A stretch of 42,886 nucleotides of DNA from a virus (IMGVR_UViG_3300037044_000005:1-42886); one strand, 5' to 3'. Positions 25,924-35,644 are shown, counted from the first letter of the stretch. A program made the numbers and translations. The notes: generated by a model not told the origin, from the sequence alone.

Positions 25924-26515
25924 CCTTTTTGATTCTCAATTTTGGCAGAGCGAAGAAGCCGCATTATGGGAGTCATTGTCTGGCCTGTACTTGTCGGCTC
26001 TTTTCGCTGGCATGGAAGGCGGTGTGGACATTCTGCCGCCCGAATTGCAGACGCTTGTAAACTTTGACGCACTCAATCACGATGCGCTTGATTTTGCCAG
26101 TAAGTATCGTTATGAGCTAATCAGCAAGATAAACGAGACAACCCGCACACAGGTACAGGAAGCAATAACCAAATGGATAAGCAGCGGTGATCCGCTCAGC
26201 GTGCTAGAGAATCAATTAGCGCCCATCTTCGGCAAGGTTCGCGCACAGATGATCGCCGTAACAGAAGTTACCCGTGTTTTTGCGGAAGGGAATATCTCGG
26301 CATGGAACAGCACGGGCTTTGTAGATTCGTTTTCGTGGGAAACTGCGAGAGACGAGCGGGTATGTCCTATATGCACGCCGAGAGCGGGGCAAATTTACAA
26401 GCTGACAGATAGCAGTAATAAGCCGCCTGGACACGTCCGCTGCCGCTGTTGGATTCGCCCCGTTGTCAATGTCGATTTAGTGAATAAACAGGTAGAAAGG
26501 ATTTTGAATGGCTGA
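25916..26515 (+). CDS. head morphogenesis protein (Mu gpF/SPP1 gp7-like)
   Basis: RAQMIAVTE, WETARDERVCPIC, PPGHVRCRC. Confidence 0.88.
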   Translation: MPSLFDSQFWQSEEAALWESLSGLYLSALFAGMEGGVDILPPELQTLVNFDALNHDALDFASKYRYELISKINETTRTQVQEAITKWISSGDPLSVLENQLAPIFGKVRAQMIAVTEVTRVFAEGNISAWNSTGFVDSFSWETARDERVCPICTPRAGQIYKLTDSSNKPPGHVRCRCWIRPVVNVDLVNKQVERILNG

Positions 26516-26975
26516 TTACACCATTGAACACAAAGGACTTGATGAGCTTATCGTTTTAATGAAACAATTCCCGAATAAGCTAAAGCAAATATCCCGCGTT
26601 GGAATGAGCGCCACACTGCTCGCCTTGTGGGAGAACGTCCCTCCCTATCCACAAGCTAACCCCGATAGCGACTACCGACGCACAGGGACGTTAGGCCGCA
26701 CGCTTGGCTCATCCGAGTCGGGGGGGAACGCAGGAGGGACGCCCGACATTTACACAGTCAAGAATATTGGAGCGCACGAACTGGAAGGGCGATTTGGCAC
26801 AAATCTATCATACGCCGAACATGTTATCGGAGAAAATCCCGCATGGATGCATTACCGCTGGTGGAAGCTATCCAGCATCATACCTAAAGCACAGAGTAAG
26901 ATAGACAAGATTTGGGAAGGTATCGCGCAAAAGATGGCCGACTTCCTCAATCAGAAAAGCGGCGGCGTGCAATGA
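26508..26975 (+). CDS. virion morphogenesis protein (HK97 gp10/Mu gpG-like)
   Basis: RTGTLGR...GTNLSYAEHV pattern. Confidence 0.65.
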   Translation: MADYTIEHKGLDELIVLMKQFPNKLKQISRVGMSATLLALWENVPPYPQANPDSDYRRTGTLGRTLGSSESGGNAGGTPDIYTVKNIGAHELEGRFGTNLSYAEHVIGENPAWMHYRWWKLSSIIPKAQSKIDKIWEGIAQKMADFLNQKSGGVQ

Positions 26976-27133
26976 AAGACCCTGATGTTATCTTTGCTCT
27001 GACCGTCCGCTCGGCGCTGATACAATTGGTGAGAGCGATTGAAAAGCGATATGGGCTAAAATCGTATGACTTCAATCCGCAGGTTGTAGAAGTCGGCACG
27101 AGTGATAGTATTTCCCTACCACAGAATCCATAA
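26972..27133 (+). CDS. hypothetical protein
   Basis: ATGA-coupled ORF. Confidence 0.5.
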   Translation: MKDPDVIFALTVRSALIQLVRAIEKRYGLKSYDFNPQVVEVGTSDSISLPQNP

Positions 27134-27208
27134 TCTGTGGTAAACTCTACCTAATCAAATAGAGCTTAGCCGCCAACTGGCAGCGAAGCCGTAAACAGAC
27201 GCAGCAAA

Positions 27209-27259
27209 AGCCGCGCTTGTGAATCTCAAAAATGAGATTTGCAGGCGCGGCTTTTTTTT
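27209..27259 (+). terminator. strong intrinsic terminator-like hairpin before the protease gene
   Basis: Stem of about 20 bp, AGCCGCGC...GCGCGGCT, plus T8. Confidence 0.7.
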
Positions 27260-27276
27260 GTTTTTACGAGGTACAT

Positions 27277-28248
27277 GTGGAAAGTACATACCTTTATGAC
27301 GAATTTACTACACTAACAGCGGGAGTGGGTTTCAAGCTGTTCCCGTTTGGTCGCGTTTACAAAGGGGGGAAAGCGCGTGACATTACTCCCGAATTTGCAA
27401 AGACTATCAAACTCCCTCACTTCACCGCGCCGATAAAACTCGGCTCGCATGATGACACAACCCCCGCAGGCGGATTTATTACTGCGTTGGAAGTACGAGA
27501 AGACGGCCTGTATGCAATTCCCGAATGGAATGAAGCAGGCAAGAAAGCAATTGAAAACGGGGCGTTTCGTTTCAACAGCCCTGAGATCATTTGGGAGGGT
27601 GGATTAGAGAACCCGAAGACTGGCGACATCATACGTGCCCCCATGATTATCGGCGACGCCCTTTTACACACCCCCCATCTTGGAAATGACACCGCTTTGT
27701 ATAGTGTCGAACCTATTAATAATAAGGAGAACGATATGGAAGACAACATCACCGTTCCCAAAAATCTTTGGGACAAATTCAGCGCATATCTCGATTCACT
27801 TATCACCCCCGCCGCTCCTCAGACTGTGGAAGTTATCCCCGATGAGTACAAGGCTGCAAAAGTGGAACGTGACGCCCTGAAAGCTCAGGCGATAGAACGT
27901 GAGCAAGCCGAAGCCCTGAAAGTTCGTGTTGAAAAGTTTGAATCCGAATTGAAGGAAACAAAGGCAGACCCCACTCTTGCTGAAGTGCTTGCAGATTTGC
28001 CAGAGGAAAAAGCTGGCGCAATCATGAAGCAATTCCGCGCCCTGAGTGAGCAGATCGGAGCAACCGATGTGCTGACACAAGAACAAGGCTCTGAGGGCGG
28101 CGAGATTGCCGACCCTAAAGCCGCATTCAACGCGCTTGTTCTGAAATACAGCGCGGAGAAGAAGGCCGACTACAACACCGCCTTCGAGATCATCAAAACC
28201 GAAAACGCTGACTTGTTTGCTTCAGCGTTTGCCAAAAAGGAGAAATAA
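27277..28248 (+). CDS. Mu I-like prohead protease with nested scaffold (internal ATG 27736)
   Basis: H...PAGGFI...GLYA...WN...FNSPE...LLHTP pattern; in-frame AAGGAG RBS and ATG at 27736. Confidence 0.8.
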   Translation: MESTYLYDEFTTLTAGVGFKLFPFGRVYKGGKARDITPEFAKTIKLPHFTAPIKLGSHDDTTPAGGFITALEVREDGLYAIPEWNEAGKKAIENGAFRFNSPEIIWEGGLENPKTGDIIRAPMIIGDALLHTPHLGNDTALYSVEPINNKENDMEDNITVPKNLWDKFSAYLDSLITPAAPQTVEVIPDEYKAAKVERDALKAQAIEREQAEALKVRVEKFESELKETKADPTLAEVLADLPEEKAGAIMKQFRALSEQIGATDVLTQEQGSEGGEIADPKAAFNALVLKYSAEKKADYNTAFEIIKTENADLFASAFAKKEK

Positions 28249-28249
28249 C

Positions 28250-28657
28250 ATGGCATACGGACAGGATTATGACACTCTTGCGGGGTTGGTTGCCAACTCA
28301 ACTGGCCTTGCAAATTCGCAGTTTTACGCCGTAAAGCTGGCGACTACCGCTGGCAAGGCGGTTATTTCAGGTGCATTGAACACCACAACTGGCCCCGCTG
28401 CATTTGTCGGCGTGTTGCAGAACGCGCCCGCTGGCGGTGAAGAAGTTGAATTTGCTTATCGCGGCCTTTGCAAGATGAAGGTTGCAACCTCCACGATTGC
28501 CATTGGTGACCGTGTCGGCGTGAACAGCACTGGCCTCGGTACGGACGCGGGCGTGACTGACAATATTTTCCACATTGGCCGCGCTGTAACAGCTTCGGGC
28601 GCCGCTAATGACATCATCACCGTTTGCCTCTATGGAAGCGGCGGACAGAGGTACTAA
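28250..28657 (+). CDS. capsid decoration/cement protein
   Basis: Small Gly/Ala/Thr-rich protein between scaffold and major capsid genes; AAGGAG RBS. Confidence 0.7.
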   Translation: MAYGQDYDTLAGLVANSTGLANSQFYAVKLATTAGKAVISGALNTTTGPAAFVGVLQNAPAGGEEVEFAYRGLCKMKVATSTIAIGDRVGVNSTGLGTDAGVTDNIFHIGRAVTASGAANDIITVCLYGSGGQRY

Positions 28658-28659
28658 AC

Positions 28660-29607
28660 ATGTCTCAACCTACTGGTTCATCCATTCAAGCCGTTGACCC
28701 CGTCCTCACAAACATGCTGCTCGGGTACATGCAGAATACTGACCGCTTTGTGGCGTCCAAAGTATTCCCGCAGGTAAGCGTCGACAAGAAAGGCTTTACT
28801 TATTACATCCTGACCAAGAAATATTGGTTCTTGGATGAGATCAAAAACCGCGCCCCAGGCGGAAAGTTTGCCCGCTCTGGTTATGGCGTTGAAAGCGCAA
28901 CGGGAGCCGCCCTGCTTTGGGGTTTGGAGCATCCGATTGCAGACGAAGACCGCGCCAACAACCAGATGCCGCTTTCCCTTGAACAGGCTGGCTTGCGCTG
29001 GCTTGCTCAGCAGTCCCTTATCCGTAAGGAACGCGCCTTCGCTTCTGATTTCATGGTCACTGGCGTTTGGGGAACTGATGACAACAACGCTACAACCGAC
29101 TGGGACGATTTCGCCAGCGGTGACCCCGTGAATGATGTTTTGACCGCCCGCCGCACAATCAGCAATAACACAGGTTACGACGGCAACAGCATGACCCTCG
29201 GTTACATCGTTCATCAGGCTCTTGTCAATCACCCCGACATTGTAGACCGTGTGAAATACGTTCAGACCGCCACAGTCGCAACCGTTGAATCGGCTCTCGC
29301 TGCTTCCTTCGGCGTGTCGAATTATTGGGTAGCAAAGGCTTCCTACAACAGCGCAAACGAAGGCCAGTCCATGACTGCCGCCGCTGTGATTGATGATGAC
29401 TGCCTTGTTTCCTATGTCACACCGACCCCTGGTGTTATGGATGCCTCCGCTGGTTACACCTTCTCATGGGATGGCGGCGGCGGACTTGGTTCTATCTCAC
29501 AGTACCACGAAGACCAGACAAAGAGTGATGTTTTGCAGCACTCCGAAGCCTGGGATCAGAAAGCTACCGCAACCGATTTGGGCTACTTCTTCGCCGACGT
29601 TGTGTAA
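28660..29607 (+). CDS. major capsid protein
   Basis: 315 aa; VDPVLTN...VFPQVSV N-terminus; position in the head operon. Confidence 0.85.
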   Translation: MSQPTGSSIQAVDPVLTNMLLGYMQNTDRFVASKVFPQVSVDKKGFTYYILTKKYWFLDEIKNRAPGGKFARSGYGVESATGAALLWGLEHPIADEDRANNQMPLSLEQAGLRWLAQQSLIRKERAFASDFMVTGVWGTDDNNATTDWDDFASGDPVNDVLTARRTISNNTGYDGNSMTLGYIVHQALVNHPDIVDRVKYVQTATVATVESALAASFGVSNYWVAKASYNSANEGQSMTAAAVIDDDCLVSYVTPTPGVMDASAGYTFSWDGGGGLGSISQYHEDQTKSDVLQHSEAWDQKATATDLGYFFADVV

Positions 29608-29619
29608 AGGAGATTAGCA

Positions 29620-29835
29620 ATGGCTGGTCATCCTCAATCATCCCCGCGTGGCTTTATCGCCCAAAAGCGCATTGATGTTGGTGCGTGGAGCATTACCGCG
29701 AACTCAACCGCGATTATTTTCCCCAACTCCATCCGCATCGGCTCAAAGGCTACCTACCTTTCGTCCAACAGTACGGGCGTGAAGTTGGGAAACCTGTACA
29801 TCTCGTGCAATAGCACGGGCAACACAACCACCTAA
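29620..29835 (+). CDS. small putative virion protein rich in N-S-T sequons
   Basis: AAGGAG RBS; three NST plus one NTT in 71 aa. Confidence 0.7.
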   Translation: MAGHPQSSPRGFIAQKRIDVGAWSITANSTAIIFPNSIRIGSKATYLSSNSTGVKLGNLYISCNSTGNTTT

Positions 29836-29914
29836 TGAATCTGAGGGCGGGCGGCGTACTCCGTTCCGCCCTCTCGTTCAACCCGAATATTCGGGAGAAA
29901 GCGCATGAGTACGC

Positions 29915-30763
29915 ATGGAAAAAGAATACAAAGGCTCTGTTTATATCGGCGTAGTCGGTAATGAGTTGGAAAACGGGCAGTGTCGTGACAGTATAGAAAA
30001 CATCACGCGCCGCAAGACAGACAGCCCGCCGATTTATGTAAGAGCTACGAAGGGCTACGAAGCCCGACAAATGCACCTTAACAACTGGTACGACAACACA
30101 AAGCACGCTTTTATTTTGCTTCTTGACCATGACATGATTTTTCAGCCTGATACGCTGGAGAGACTACGCAAGCATAAAAAGCCGTTCGTCTCTGGCTTTT
30201 ACATGCGCCGCACGTTTAATCCAGTAGCTCCCGTATGGTTTGAGCAAGGCGAAGCAGGAAAGATGCCGATGAAGCCGTTTACTTTCGTCCCTGAAAAGGA
30301 CAGGCTGTATCCCATTGGCGCGAGTGGCTGGGGTTGTATTCTCCTTCACCGTGATGTTGTTACAGAAACTCGCAAGCTATTGAAAGGCGAGCCTGACATT
30401 ATCGAAGATGACATGGACATTGCGCCCTATGACTTGCAAAAGATACTCAAGGCAATTGACAACCTTGCAGGCGATAAACCTAACCTAAAAGAATCGGTCA
30501 AGGTCTTACAGGAAGAAATCATCCCATTGCGGGGTGTAAAAGACCCAGTCGGCTCAGACATCCGCTTTCCTTTCTACGCTCGGCTGGCTGGCTTTCCTCT
30601 TTTGGGAGATAGCGGAGTGAATTGCGGGCATATCGTCAATTACCCGATAAAGATGGACGACTATATCAACCAGTCCGCCGCCACTGTTAGAAGTTTATCG
30701 GTAGCGATGCACGAAAGCCATACGCGAGAGATCGAGCGGCTGGAGAAAGCGAAAGCGCAATGA
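29915..30763 (+). CDS. GT-A fold (GT2-like) glycosyltransferase
   Basis: LLLDHD DxD motif, GWGCILL, GSDIRF and CGH. Confidence 0.8.
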   Translation: MEKEYKGSVYIGVVGNELENGQCRDSIENITRRKTDSPPIYVRATKGYEARQMHLNNWYDNTKHAFILLLDHDMIFQPDTLERLRKHKKPFVSGFYMRRTFNPVAPVWFEQGEAGKMPMKPFTFVPEKDRLYPIGASGWGCILLHRDVVTETRKLLKGEPDIIEDDMDIAPYDLQKILKAIDNLAGDKPNLKESVKVLQEEIIPLRGVKDPVGSDIRFPFYARLAGFPLLGDSGVNCGHIVNYPIKMDDYINQSAATVRSLSVAMHESHTREIERLEKAKAQ

Positions 30764-32334
30764 GATTGCACATTATCGAGCCGTATCACTCCGCTGCCAT
30801 GCGTCGAATGTCAGAGCCGCTTATCAAGGAACTGGAAAAGCTGTACGAAGTGACAACAGGCGAAGCGCCAGATGATGCCGCAGGCCTGAATTATCACATC
30901 CCCTGGCATTCGCTGGTTGGATATGAAAAGAAAGGCAAGCACGCGATTTCATACACTCACTGCAATGTCGGCAATGAAGCCGCATTGATGGACGCTTGCG
31001 AACGCGCCGACCTTATCACCTGCATGACCTTTCGCGGACGGGATGAACTTATTGAACTTGGTGTAGACCCGTCAAAGTTATGGGTTATCTACTCCGCCGC
31101 AGATCAATACTTTTTCAGAAAGCGCGTTATTGGGATTGTGGGTTATCCACAACCAAACGGACGCAAACGCGAGAGCCTTATTTTAGATTTGGCTTGGAGT
31201 TACGACCTGACGCCCTATCAGTTTTTATTTATCGGTGCAGGGTGGGACGATATGGTGACGCAGTTGCAGGGGCTTGGAGTTTCAGCCGCTACTTATCACG
31301 CCGAGACAGATGAGCTACTGCGGAATATGTATCACAAGATGGATTTACTTTTGGTAACAGGTTACCGCGAAGGCGGGCCATTACCGCTGATTGAGGCAAT
31401 GGCTTCAGGCTGTGACGTACTCTCGCCCCGCTTTGGATATGCCGCCGATTTATTGGAAGAAAGCCAACTCTATGACGACATGGCCGACTTAGCTGAGAAG
31501 TTAGACGCCTTAACCGCGCCATACATCCGCAACCATAAACTCGCCCGTGCCTGTACATGGATGGATTATTGTGCCGAACATGCTTTTATTTTCGGGCGGC
31601 TGATGGGTGAATCAGTAGACCTATATCCAGAGCGCGGAATGAGCCGATACGCTCAAGTGATGGATGTCATAGACCAGATGAAACCCTTTGGCATTGTCGA
31701 GGTCGGCACTTGGAGCGGCGCACGCGCAATCCAGATGATACAAACCGCCGCCAAACATAGACCAGCAGGTGAAATCGAGTATCAGGGATTTGACCTTTTC
31801 GAGCAGCAGACCGCCGAACAATTCAGGCGCGAGTTATCGAAAATCGGCTGGGATGAAGACATTGTTAGCAAGCGTATCAACGCCACTGGCGCAAATGTTG
31901 AACTTATCACGGGCGACACCAAAGAAACTCTTGGCAAAAACATAAACGACTTTGAAAGCATTGTTTATTTTGTAGATGGCGGGCATTCAGAAGAGACAAT
32001 TAGAAGCGATGGTGAAAACGTTTTAGAGGTTATGCAAAATAATTCTGTGGCCGTATTCGATGATTACTACCATGAAGGAAAGCCCGAAGGCATGGGGTGT
32101 AATGATTTTATCGACAACCTAGACCTTGATACTTTTGAAGTAGTCCATTTGCCCGCCCGCACCATTACGGCTGACGGGCGCAACATCGGAATGGTGAAAG
32201 TGAGACGAAATGCCAACATATATTTACAGCGACGGGAAGCACTCGCAGGAAGTAACACATTCCATGACAGAGAATCCGCCGATTGTCTGTCAAGTGTGCG
32301 GATTGAAAATGCACCGACGCCCGCAAATATTTAG
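30760..32334 (+). CDS. GT-B (GT4-like) glycosyltransferase fused to a class I SAM methyltransferase
   Basis: EGGPLPLIEAMASG; VEVGTWSG, FVDGGHS and VFDDY. Confidence 0.85.
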   Translation: MRLHIIEPYHSAAMRRMSEPLIKELEKLYEVTTGEAPDDAAGLNYHIPWHSLVGYEKKGKHAISYTHCNVGNEAALMDACERADLITCMTFRGRDELIELGVDPSKLWVIYSAADQYFFRKRVIGIVGYPQPNGRKRESLILDLAWSYDLTPYQFLFIGAGWDDMVTQLQGLGVSAATYHAETDELLRNMYHKMDLLLVTGYREGGPLPLIEAMASGCDVLSPRFGYAADLLEESQLYDDMADLAEKLDALTAPYIRNHKLARACTWMDYCAEHAFIFGRLMGESVDLYPERGMSRYAQVMDVIDQMKPFGIVEVGTWSGARAIQMIQTAAKHRPAGEIEYQGFDLFEQQTAEQFRRELSKIGWDEDIVSKRINATGANVELITGDTKETLGKNINDFESIVYFVDGGHSEETIRSDGENVLEVMQNNSVAVFDDYYHEGKPEGMGCNDFIDNLDLDTFEVVHLPARTITADGRNIGMVKVRRNANIYLQRREALAGSNTFHDRESADCLSSVRIENAPTPANI

Positions 32335-32455
32335 CGTCAATTGGAATGGGCTGCCTCCGCATCTAGCAGACGCAAGGCCGCCAGTCATTCAGAGCTTTAT
32401 AGATACCGCATCAGAGCGACGCGCCAAATACCTAGATACCGAAAGGAAGAAATAA
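32210..32455 (+). CDS. FmdB-like Zn-ribbon protein
   Basis: MPTYIY...CQVCG..MHR. Confidence 0.7.
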   Translation: MPTYIYSDGKHSQEVTHSMTENPPIVCQVCGLKMHRRPQIFSVNWNGLPPHLADARPPVIQSFIDTASERRAKYLDTERKK

Positions 32456-32456
32456 A

Positions 32457-32765
32457 ATGCCTAAGAAAATCGCAGTAGAGAACGAAGAAATCGAGAATGA
32501 AGCCCCCAGCGCTGGAAAACTTGTGGCTGCCGCAGAGTTTGAGATCATGCGCGGGTATCAGTCCGTTTCCTATAAAGAGGGCGATGAATTTCCCGTACCA
32601 GAAGGCTGGACTCGTGACGCCGCCTTTGAAGAATTCCGCAAAATCAACTTGAAGTCACAACCAAATACCATCGCGTTCCAAGTCCCCCTCCCGATTCTTG
32701 ATGAAAAAGGAAAGGTGAAATATATGGACGCTCGGCGCGTTGTTTTACCGCTCAAGGAGGTCTAA
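32457..32765 (+). CDS. hypothetical protein
   Basis: Packed ORF with RBS. Confidence 0.65.
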   Translation: MPKKIAVENEEIENEAPSAGKLVAAAEFEIMRGYQSVSYKEGDEFPVPEGWTRDAAFEEFRKINLKSQPNTIAFQVPLPILDEKGKVKYMDARRVVLPLKEV

Positions 32766-33070
32766 TGGCGAAGCGAAACATTCCCGCTGGTCTTGTGTCG
32801 GTTGGGTATCAAAAGATTACAACCAACTCCACAGCGACCACACTTAACTCCACCTGTATTGTCGGCAAAACTTTCCTTGTATCTGTGGAAACACAGAGCG
32901 CCCGCCTAACCTTTGACGGCACTACCCCCGCTGCAAGCACGGGCATTCTTTTGCTGGCGGCAAATTCCCCTTATTGGTTTGAGGGTATCAAGGGTTCGGA
33001 CATCAAAATCAAAGGCGCGGCGGTGGGTTGCGTTTTACAAGTACAGGCTTGGAAGTATAGAGGCGAATAA
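32765..33070 (+). CDS. putative small beta-rich virion protein
   Basis: AAGGAGG RBS; two NST sequons. Confidence 0.65.
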   Translation: MAKRNIPAGLVSVGYQKITTNSTATTLNSTCIVGKTFLVSVETQSARLTFDGTTPAASTGILLLAANSPYWFEGIKGSDIKIKGAAVGCVLQVQAWKYRGE

Positions 33071-33588
33071 TGGCACTCCGCGCCGATTCGTTTTCAAGCG
33101 TTGCCGAGGTTGTTGCATTTACCCGTCATTTGCTTGACGGGCAATCTACCTATAACTCCACCACGCGCCCAACAAGCACAGAGGTTGAAAAAATCATAGA
33201 CCGCGCCAGCGGTGTATTAAATACGGCGCTGGCGAACGAGGGCTTTTCTCCATCTTCCGTGTATGCCAATTCAACGGCGAAGCTGGCTTGTGACGACTGG
33301 GTAGCGCAAGAATCTGCAAAGCAAGTGGAGTTGACTCAGCGCGGCACGGGATATAGCGCCCGCGAAGAAAGCCGAATTGCCGCATTCAACATGAAACGCG
33401 GCTCCGCCTATGATTTTATATGTGAACAAAAACAAGGCTTCATCCGCCTGGGGATTGCACAAAGCTATAAGGCGTCCGATGGACTGGCGTTCACGGGTTT
33501 GGATGCTCAAAGCGTTCGCACCGACCCGACAGACACGAGCCTCGAACAGCCAAAGTTTACACGCGGACAATGGGACGATAACACATGA
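33070..33588 (+). CDS. putative head-tail adaptor
   Basis: Position; FSSVAEV...helical pattern. Confidence 0.55.
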   Translation: MALRADSFSSVAEVVAFTRHLLDGQSTYNSTTRPTSTEVEKIIDRASGVLNTALANEGFSPSSVYANSTAKLACDDWVAQESAKQVELTQRGTGYSAREESRIAAFNMKRGSAYDFICEQKQGFIRLGIAQSYKASDGLAFTGLDAQSVRTDPTDTSLEQPKFTRGQWDDNT

Positions 33589-34034
33589 GCGAAAGTGCGG
33601 GATTGACTCTCATAGAAACGCAAATAAAGGCGGTAACTAATTTCTCCGCCGATAACGTATCCATAGCGAAGTGGGGCATTTTGAACAGGGGGAAATCGAA
33701 TCACTATGCAATCATCCGCCCTGGCAAGGTCACGCGCACTGCCTTGACATTTAACGTTAAGGATAACGATTATCAGACCGTAATTGAGGTTTGGCAGCGA
33801 TACAAGGACGATGGCTCATCCATTACGGATTTACTAGGCCATGTGGACAACATCACAACCCGACTTGACCAGTACCGCAAGATAGCCGACACCACAAAAA
33901 CAATCCGCAACATGGACGCTGTGGAATACAGTGAAGTAAAAGAGCAATGGAATAAAGACGGTGGTGTGTCGTGGTTATCGCGTGACATTATCGTTCAGTG
34001 GCAGGAAGAGGAGGCCGTAACCTATGCAGAGTAA
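33585..34034 (+). CDS. putative tail terminator/completion protein
   Basis: 149 aa, upstream of the tail tube genes. Confidence 0.5.
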   Translation: MSESAGLTLIETQIKAVTNFSADNVSIAKWGILNRGKSNHYAIIRPGKVTRTALTFNVKDNDYQTVIEVWQRYKDDGSSITDLLGHVDNITTRLDQYRKIADTTKTIRNMDAVEYSEVKEQWNKDGGVSWLSRDIIVQWQEEEAVTYAE

Positions 34035-34215
34035 AGAACAACAAATTGAAAAACTGAAGAAACAGGTTAAGCGTTTTGAAGACAAGGGCTATTTAGACAC
34101 CGCCGCTCATCAAATGCTTGCAAATCTGCTGAAAGATTCCGATGAGGGCGTATCCCCCCGAAGCACCGAACAGGTGAAACAGGAGAACAAGAAAAATGGC
34201 AAACAAAATTTATAA
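34024..34215 (+). CDS. hypothetical protein
   Basis: GAGG RBS; overlaps both neighbours. Confidence 0.5.
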   Translation: MQSKEQQIEKLKKQVKRFEDKGYLDTAAHQMLANLLKDSDEGVSPRSTEQVKQENKKNGKQNL

Positions 34216-34630
34216 AGACATGCGAATCAAGATAGATAATGCCTCCGCTTCACTGACGGACATTACCTCTTATCTGTCTAGTGCTTCGCTCCGCGCCGTA
34301 CAAGACACGATTGAAGACACAAGCCTCGCAGATGGAAATCGCTCCTACCTGTTCGGTTTGGCAGGCGCTTCCATCCCATTATCAGGCATGGTCAACACAA
34401 CAACTGATGCCATCTTTGGGCCGCTGGTTGGCAATCGCACCACAGTGACGAAGACCATCGAATACCGCGCTTATCCGACCAACTCCACTGGCAGCGTAGG
34501 CCGTTTTTACAACGGCGAAGTTCTGATTACCTCGGTGGAATATTCGGGGAGCGTCAACAGCTTGGAAACGTTTAGCTGTGAAGCCGTTTTTGACGGCGCG
34601 GTGAATCGTACCTCAACGCAATTGGCATAG
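34196..34630 (+). CDS. tail tube protein, paralog 1
   Basis: IEDTSLAD..RSYLFGL pattern; upstream of chaperone and tape measure genes. Confidence 0.75.
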   Translation: MANKIYKDMRIKIDNASASLTDITSYLSSASLRAVQDTIEDTSLADGNRSYLFGLAGASIPLSGMVNTTTDAIFGPLVGNRTTVTKTIEYRAYPTNSTGSVGRFYNGEVLITSVEYSGSVNSLETFSCEAVFDGAVNRTSTQLA

Positions 34631-34637
34631 GTGAGAC

Positions 34638-35060
34638 ATGGCAAACAAAATTTATAAAGATATTACCGTGAAGGTAGACGCTCCGAATAGTACGGGGACG
34701 CTTGCGCTGGTAGACATCACTTCATATTTATCGAGCGCATCATTACGCTCGGTACAAGACACGATTGAAGACACAAGCCTCGCAGATGAAGAACGCTCTT
34801 ATTTGTTTGGACTAGCGGGCGCTTCCATTCCGCTGGCTGGAATGGTGAACACCACGACTGACAACGCCTTTGGTCCGTTGATCGGCAATCGCACCACCGC
34901 CACAAGAACAATTCAATACACCGCATACAGCGGGCGCGTGTATCGCGGCGAGGCTCTGATTACCTCGGTTGAATATTCGGGGAGTGTCAACTCTCTGCAA
35001 ACATTTAGCTCCGAGGCCGTTTTTGATGGAGCAATAACCCGCACTAGCGTTGCACTTTAG
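34638..35060 (+). CDS. tail tube protein, paralog 2
   Basis: Closely similar to the preceding ORF along its whole length. Confidence 0.75.
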   Translation: MANKIYKDITVKVDAPNSTGTLALVDITSYLSSASLRSVQDTIEDTSLADEERSYLFGLAGASIPLAGMVNTTTDNAFGPLIGNRTTATRTIQYTAYSGRVYRGEALITSVEYSGSVNSLQTFSSEAVFDGAITRTSVAL

Positions 35061-35078
35061 CAACAGAAAGTAGTACCT

Positions 35079-35372
35079 GTGGAATTTACAAAAGAAAATC
35101 CAAGCTGTATTTTCACCGTCCCTGACCGCCCTACCGTCCGTCAACAGATGGAATATTTCTCAGCAACAGCGGGCGCGGCTGGCTCACAGATTCTCACCCG
35201 TTACTGGCTCGGCGCAAAGGTGCTGATTCAGGATTGGAAGTGTGATGAATTACCGAAATTCGATGTTGACATAAACAGCATTGATAACCCATCTCAAACC
35301 GAGATAATGATTTGGGCGGCGATGCAGGTAAAAGCGCACATGGACGGGCTGGAAAACATCCCAAAAAACTAA
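35079..35372 (+). CDS. tail assembly chaperone (lambda G-like)
   Basis: Ends ATC CCA AAA AAC TAA, a slippery run at 35360-35369. Confidence 0.75.
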   Translation: MEFTKENPSCIFTVPDRPTVRQQMEYFSATAGAAGSQILTRYWLGAKVLIQDWKCDELPKFDVDINSIDNPSQTEIMIWAAMQVKAHMDGLENIPKN

Positions 35373-35644
35373 TTCAGGCGGTGGTGGATTATGCCTATGG
35401 GGAAGGCAACCCGCCGCCCGAATTGAAACTTTCCTGGCAGTGTGAAAGATACCACTGCCTTCCAGATGCAGGCGCGTACCTTGACCAGGATTATTGCCTG
35501 ATGGTTCGCATGACCGCATTCTCCAACATAAGCAGCGTTATCAACAAATGGAAGAACGTCAAGGGTAAGGACATTCATACGTTGACCGACTCAGACCGCC
35601 GCGTACTACGGGCACTTAAAGACATGGGAGTTATGTTTCTCTAA
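35363..35644 (+). CDS. tail assembly chaperone -1 frameshift extension (lambda T-like)
   Basis: -1 frame is open from the slippery site to the tape measure start. Confidence 0.7.
   Translation, partial: KKLIQAVVDYAYGEGNPPPELKLSWQCERYHCLPDAGAYLDQDYCLMVRMTAFSNISSVINKWKNVKGKDIHTLTDSDRRVLRALKDMGVMFL

Noticed and set aside
32210-32334. 125-nt overlap of the GT-methyltransferase C-terminus with the Zn-ribbon gene
   Set aside because: Most simply a non-functional run-on tail after the methyltransferase domain.
35360-35372. Tail chaperone -1 frameshift as a novelty
   Set aside because: Real, but a well-known conserved feature of long-tailed phages; listed as a feature only.
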